In this document: piece by piece, positions 62,821 to 64,000 of the stretch | How the letters are laid out: each line of letters opens with the position of its first letter | How positions within the stretch are numbered: the first letter of the stretch is position 1 | Origin: an uncultured Acidobacteriota bacterium | GTDB taxonomy: Bacteria; Acidobacteriota; Terriglobia; Acidiferrales; UBA7541 | DNA: 64,000 nt | Reading direction: 5' to 3' | Assembly (NCBI GenBank): GCA_963842255.1 | Contig: CAWJGI010000034.1 | Coordinates: 16,601-80,600, forward strand | The notes under the pieces: generated by a model | The model's input: the letters and a program-made list of their open reading frames with translations, nothing else | What the model was told of the DNA's origin: nothing | The model's database searches: none | Made by a program: the position numbers and the translations under genes

Positions 62821-63375
62821 CTATGATTCATGCCCGTGTCGGCATTCTACTGACCGACTGGCTTGACAGCGCGGTCGGTTTCCGAACCAACTGACACTGT
62901 AAGAAATCGGCAGTCCAACGACTACCATTTTCTGTATCAGGCCCACGAGCAGGGAATGGATGGGAAACGGAGCAGTAATGTGGAGTGCGGAGTGCGGCAA
63001 CACGATGAGGTGCATCACGAGCTTTACAGTAGCACCGAAATACAAACCACACAGAAGCGGGTAATCAATCAAAAATGGCAGTCTGCGGCTGGCCGCGTAA
63101 TAAATGGACGCAGCCGAGAACGCGATGAAGAAATGAAGCATGACACCGAGGGCCATGGTGACAGCGCCGCCATTTTCGGCCTTCGGTCCTAATAAGCCCG
63201 CAGCAATAAACAACGGAATATCCCAACCTAGCTGGATGCAGGCTTGAAGAAGGTCGGCCGCTCCAGCGACAAAGCCACCCACACCGATTGCCAACGGCGC
63301 ACTTCTCTTGATTGCAAGCGGCGCAAAGCTTTGCATCGTCATTCCCTGTGCGTCGTCGAAGTCCTTCCTAGGCAA
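62821..63375 (-). CDS. hypothetical 4-5 TM membrane protein
   Basis: 184-aa ORF with hydrophobic spans. I recognised no family. Confidence 0.5.
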   Translation of the reverse strand: MPRKDFDDAQGMTMQSFAPLAIKRSAPLAIGVGGFVAGAADLLQACIQLGWDIPLFIAAGLLGPKAENGGAVTMALGVMLHFFIAFSAASIYYAASRRLPFLIDYPLLCGLYFGATVKLVMHLIVLPHSALHITAPFPIHSLLVGLIQKMVVVGLPISYSVSWFGNRPRCQASRSVECRHGHES

Positions 63376-63825
63376 AGCAAATGTATGCTAGAGACAGGGA
63401 ACACGTCCACCGCGCAAACCGATGTCTAGTCCAAGTCCACTAATCGGATTCGCGGGGGGCTCTGTTCGCAGCATTAATCGCGGCCTGACGATGCACAGTG
63501 CGGGAACGGCTGTGCGGATTGCGATGGGTTCGTGGAGGCGCTCGCAGGGTGCGGCATCGGGGGCTTCAGCGCCGGGGAAAGCTGCGCGAAACGGAAGAAG
63601 AAAAGCGATATCGAAAGTCGCTTTGGAGGTGGAATAACCGAAGAAAGAAGCGCAAGGCAAAACTGGATGCGACGCCCGGCCCAAATCGCACGCACCGAGG
63701 ACGCTTAGTCAGGCTGTCTACAAAACAGAATGTTGCCACGCATATCTCGCCGAGGTTTTTGAATCCCGATGTCCGAAGGTCCGCAATGAGATACGATGAC
63801 GATGAATCGGGGTATGGAGGTGGGA

Positions 63826-64000
63826 ATGTCTATTAAGACGCCCGAAGAACTGGCAGGTATGCGAGCCGCTGGCGCGGTGGTCCAGCGCATGTTGGAAGCG
63901 ATGAAAAAAGCGGTGCGACCCGGAGTTTCTACCGCTGAACTAGACCTTATAGGCGCTCGCGTTATGCGTGAGCACGGCGCTCGGTCAGCCCCCGCGCTAG
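63826..64000 (+). CDS. map: type I methionyl aminopeptidase, 5' part (runs off the window)
   Basis: ATG at 63826 follows GGAGGTGGG. The sequence is MSIKTPEELAGMRAAGAVVQRMLEAMKKAVRPGVSTAELDLIGARVMREHGARSA. Confidence 0.85.
   Translation, partial: MSIKTPEELAGMRAAGAVVQRMLEAMKKAVRPGVSTAELDLIGARVMREHGARSAPAL

Overview
The window reads as chromosomal DNA from a moderately high-GC Gram-negative bacterium. By gene content it is most likely an Acidobacteriota/Terriglobia-type organism: it has an ADOP-type orphan FtsX permease, a CarboxypepD_reg-type TonB-dependent receptor, a kinase-TPR C-terminal ...DIPIL..AKAEYAKLQ remnant, and a secDF-tonB-exbB-exbD-exbD-TPR cluster. This taxonomic call is an inference, not a search result.

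Nt 1-27,200 is housekeeping backbone: rpiA, an acyl-CoA carboxyltransferase, tgt, yajC-secD-secF, a TonB/ExbBD system, rel, ridA, sthA, a three-gene molybdo-hydroxylase cluster and an Nramp transporter.

Nt 27,200-40,800 and 59,800-62,750 are mosaic or accessory. They contain two tRNA-linked integrase remnants, an intact ISL3 element with 28-bp inverted repeats and a perfect 8-bp target duplication, and an IS21 element (istAB) that interrupts a tRNA-Arg(UCG)-like gene. They also hold DUF6431/CHC2 mobile-element debris and several gene remnants.

Nt 40,800-59,800 carries a solute symporter, a YXWGXW-repeat secreted protein, ggt, a heavily frameshifted TonB-dependent receptor, a cysD-cysN-cysH-tauE sulfate-assimilation operon, OsmC, and a 1032-aa Ser/Thr-kinase-STAND-TPR protein.

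The most interesting signal is in the cysD leader (54,265-54,464, minus strand). It has a short ORF with five Cys codons in seven positions, three mutually exclusive helices and a canonical intrinsic terminator. Together these form a classical ribosome-mediated attenuator that appears to be tuned to cysteine.

A second pervasive feature is a clustered load of single-base frameshifts, mostly in homopolymers, in otherwise well-conserved genes. Neighbouring long ORFs are intact.

I saw no rRNA genes and no CRISPR arrays.
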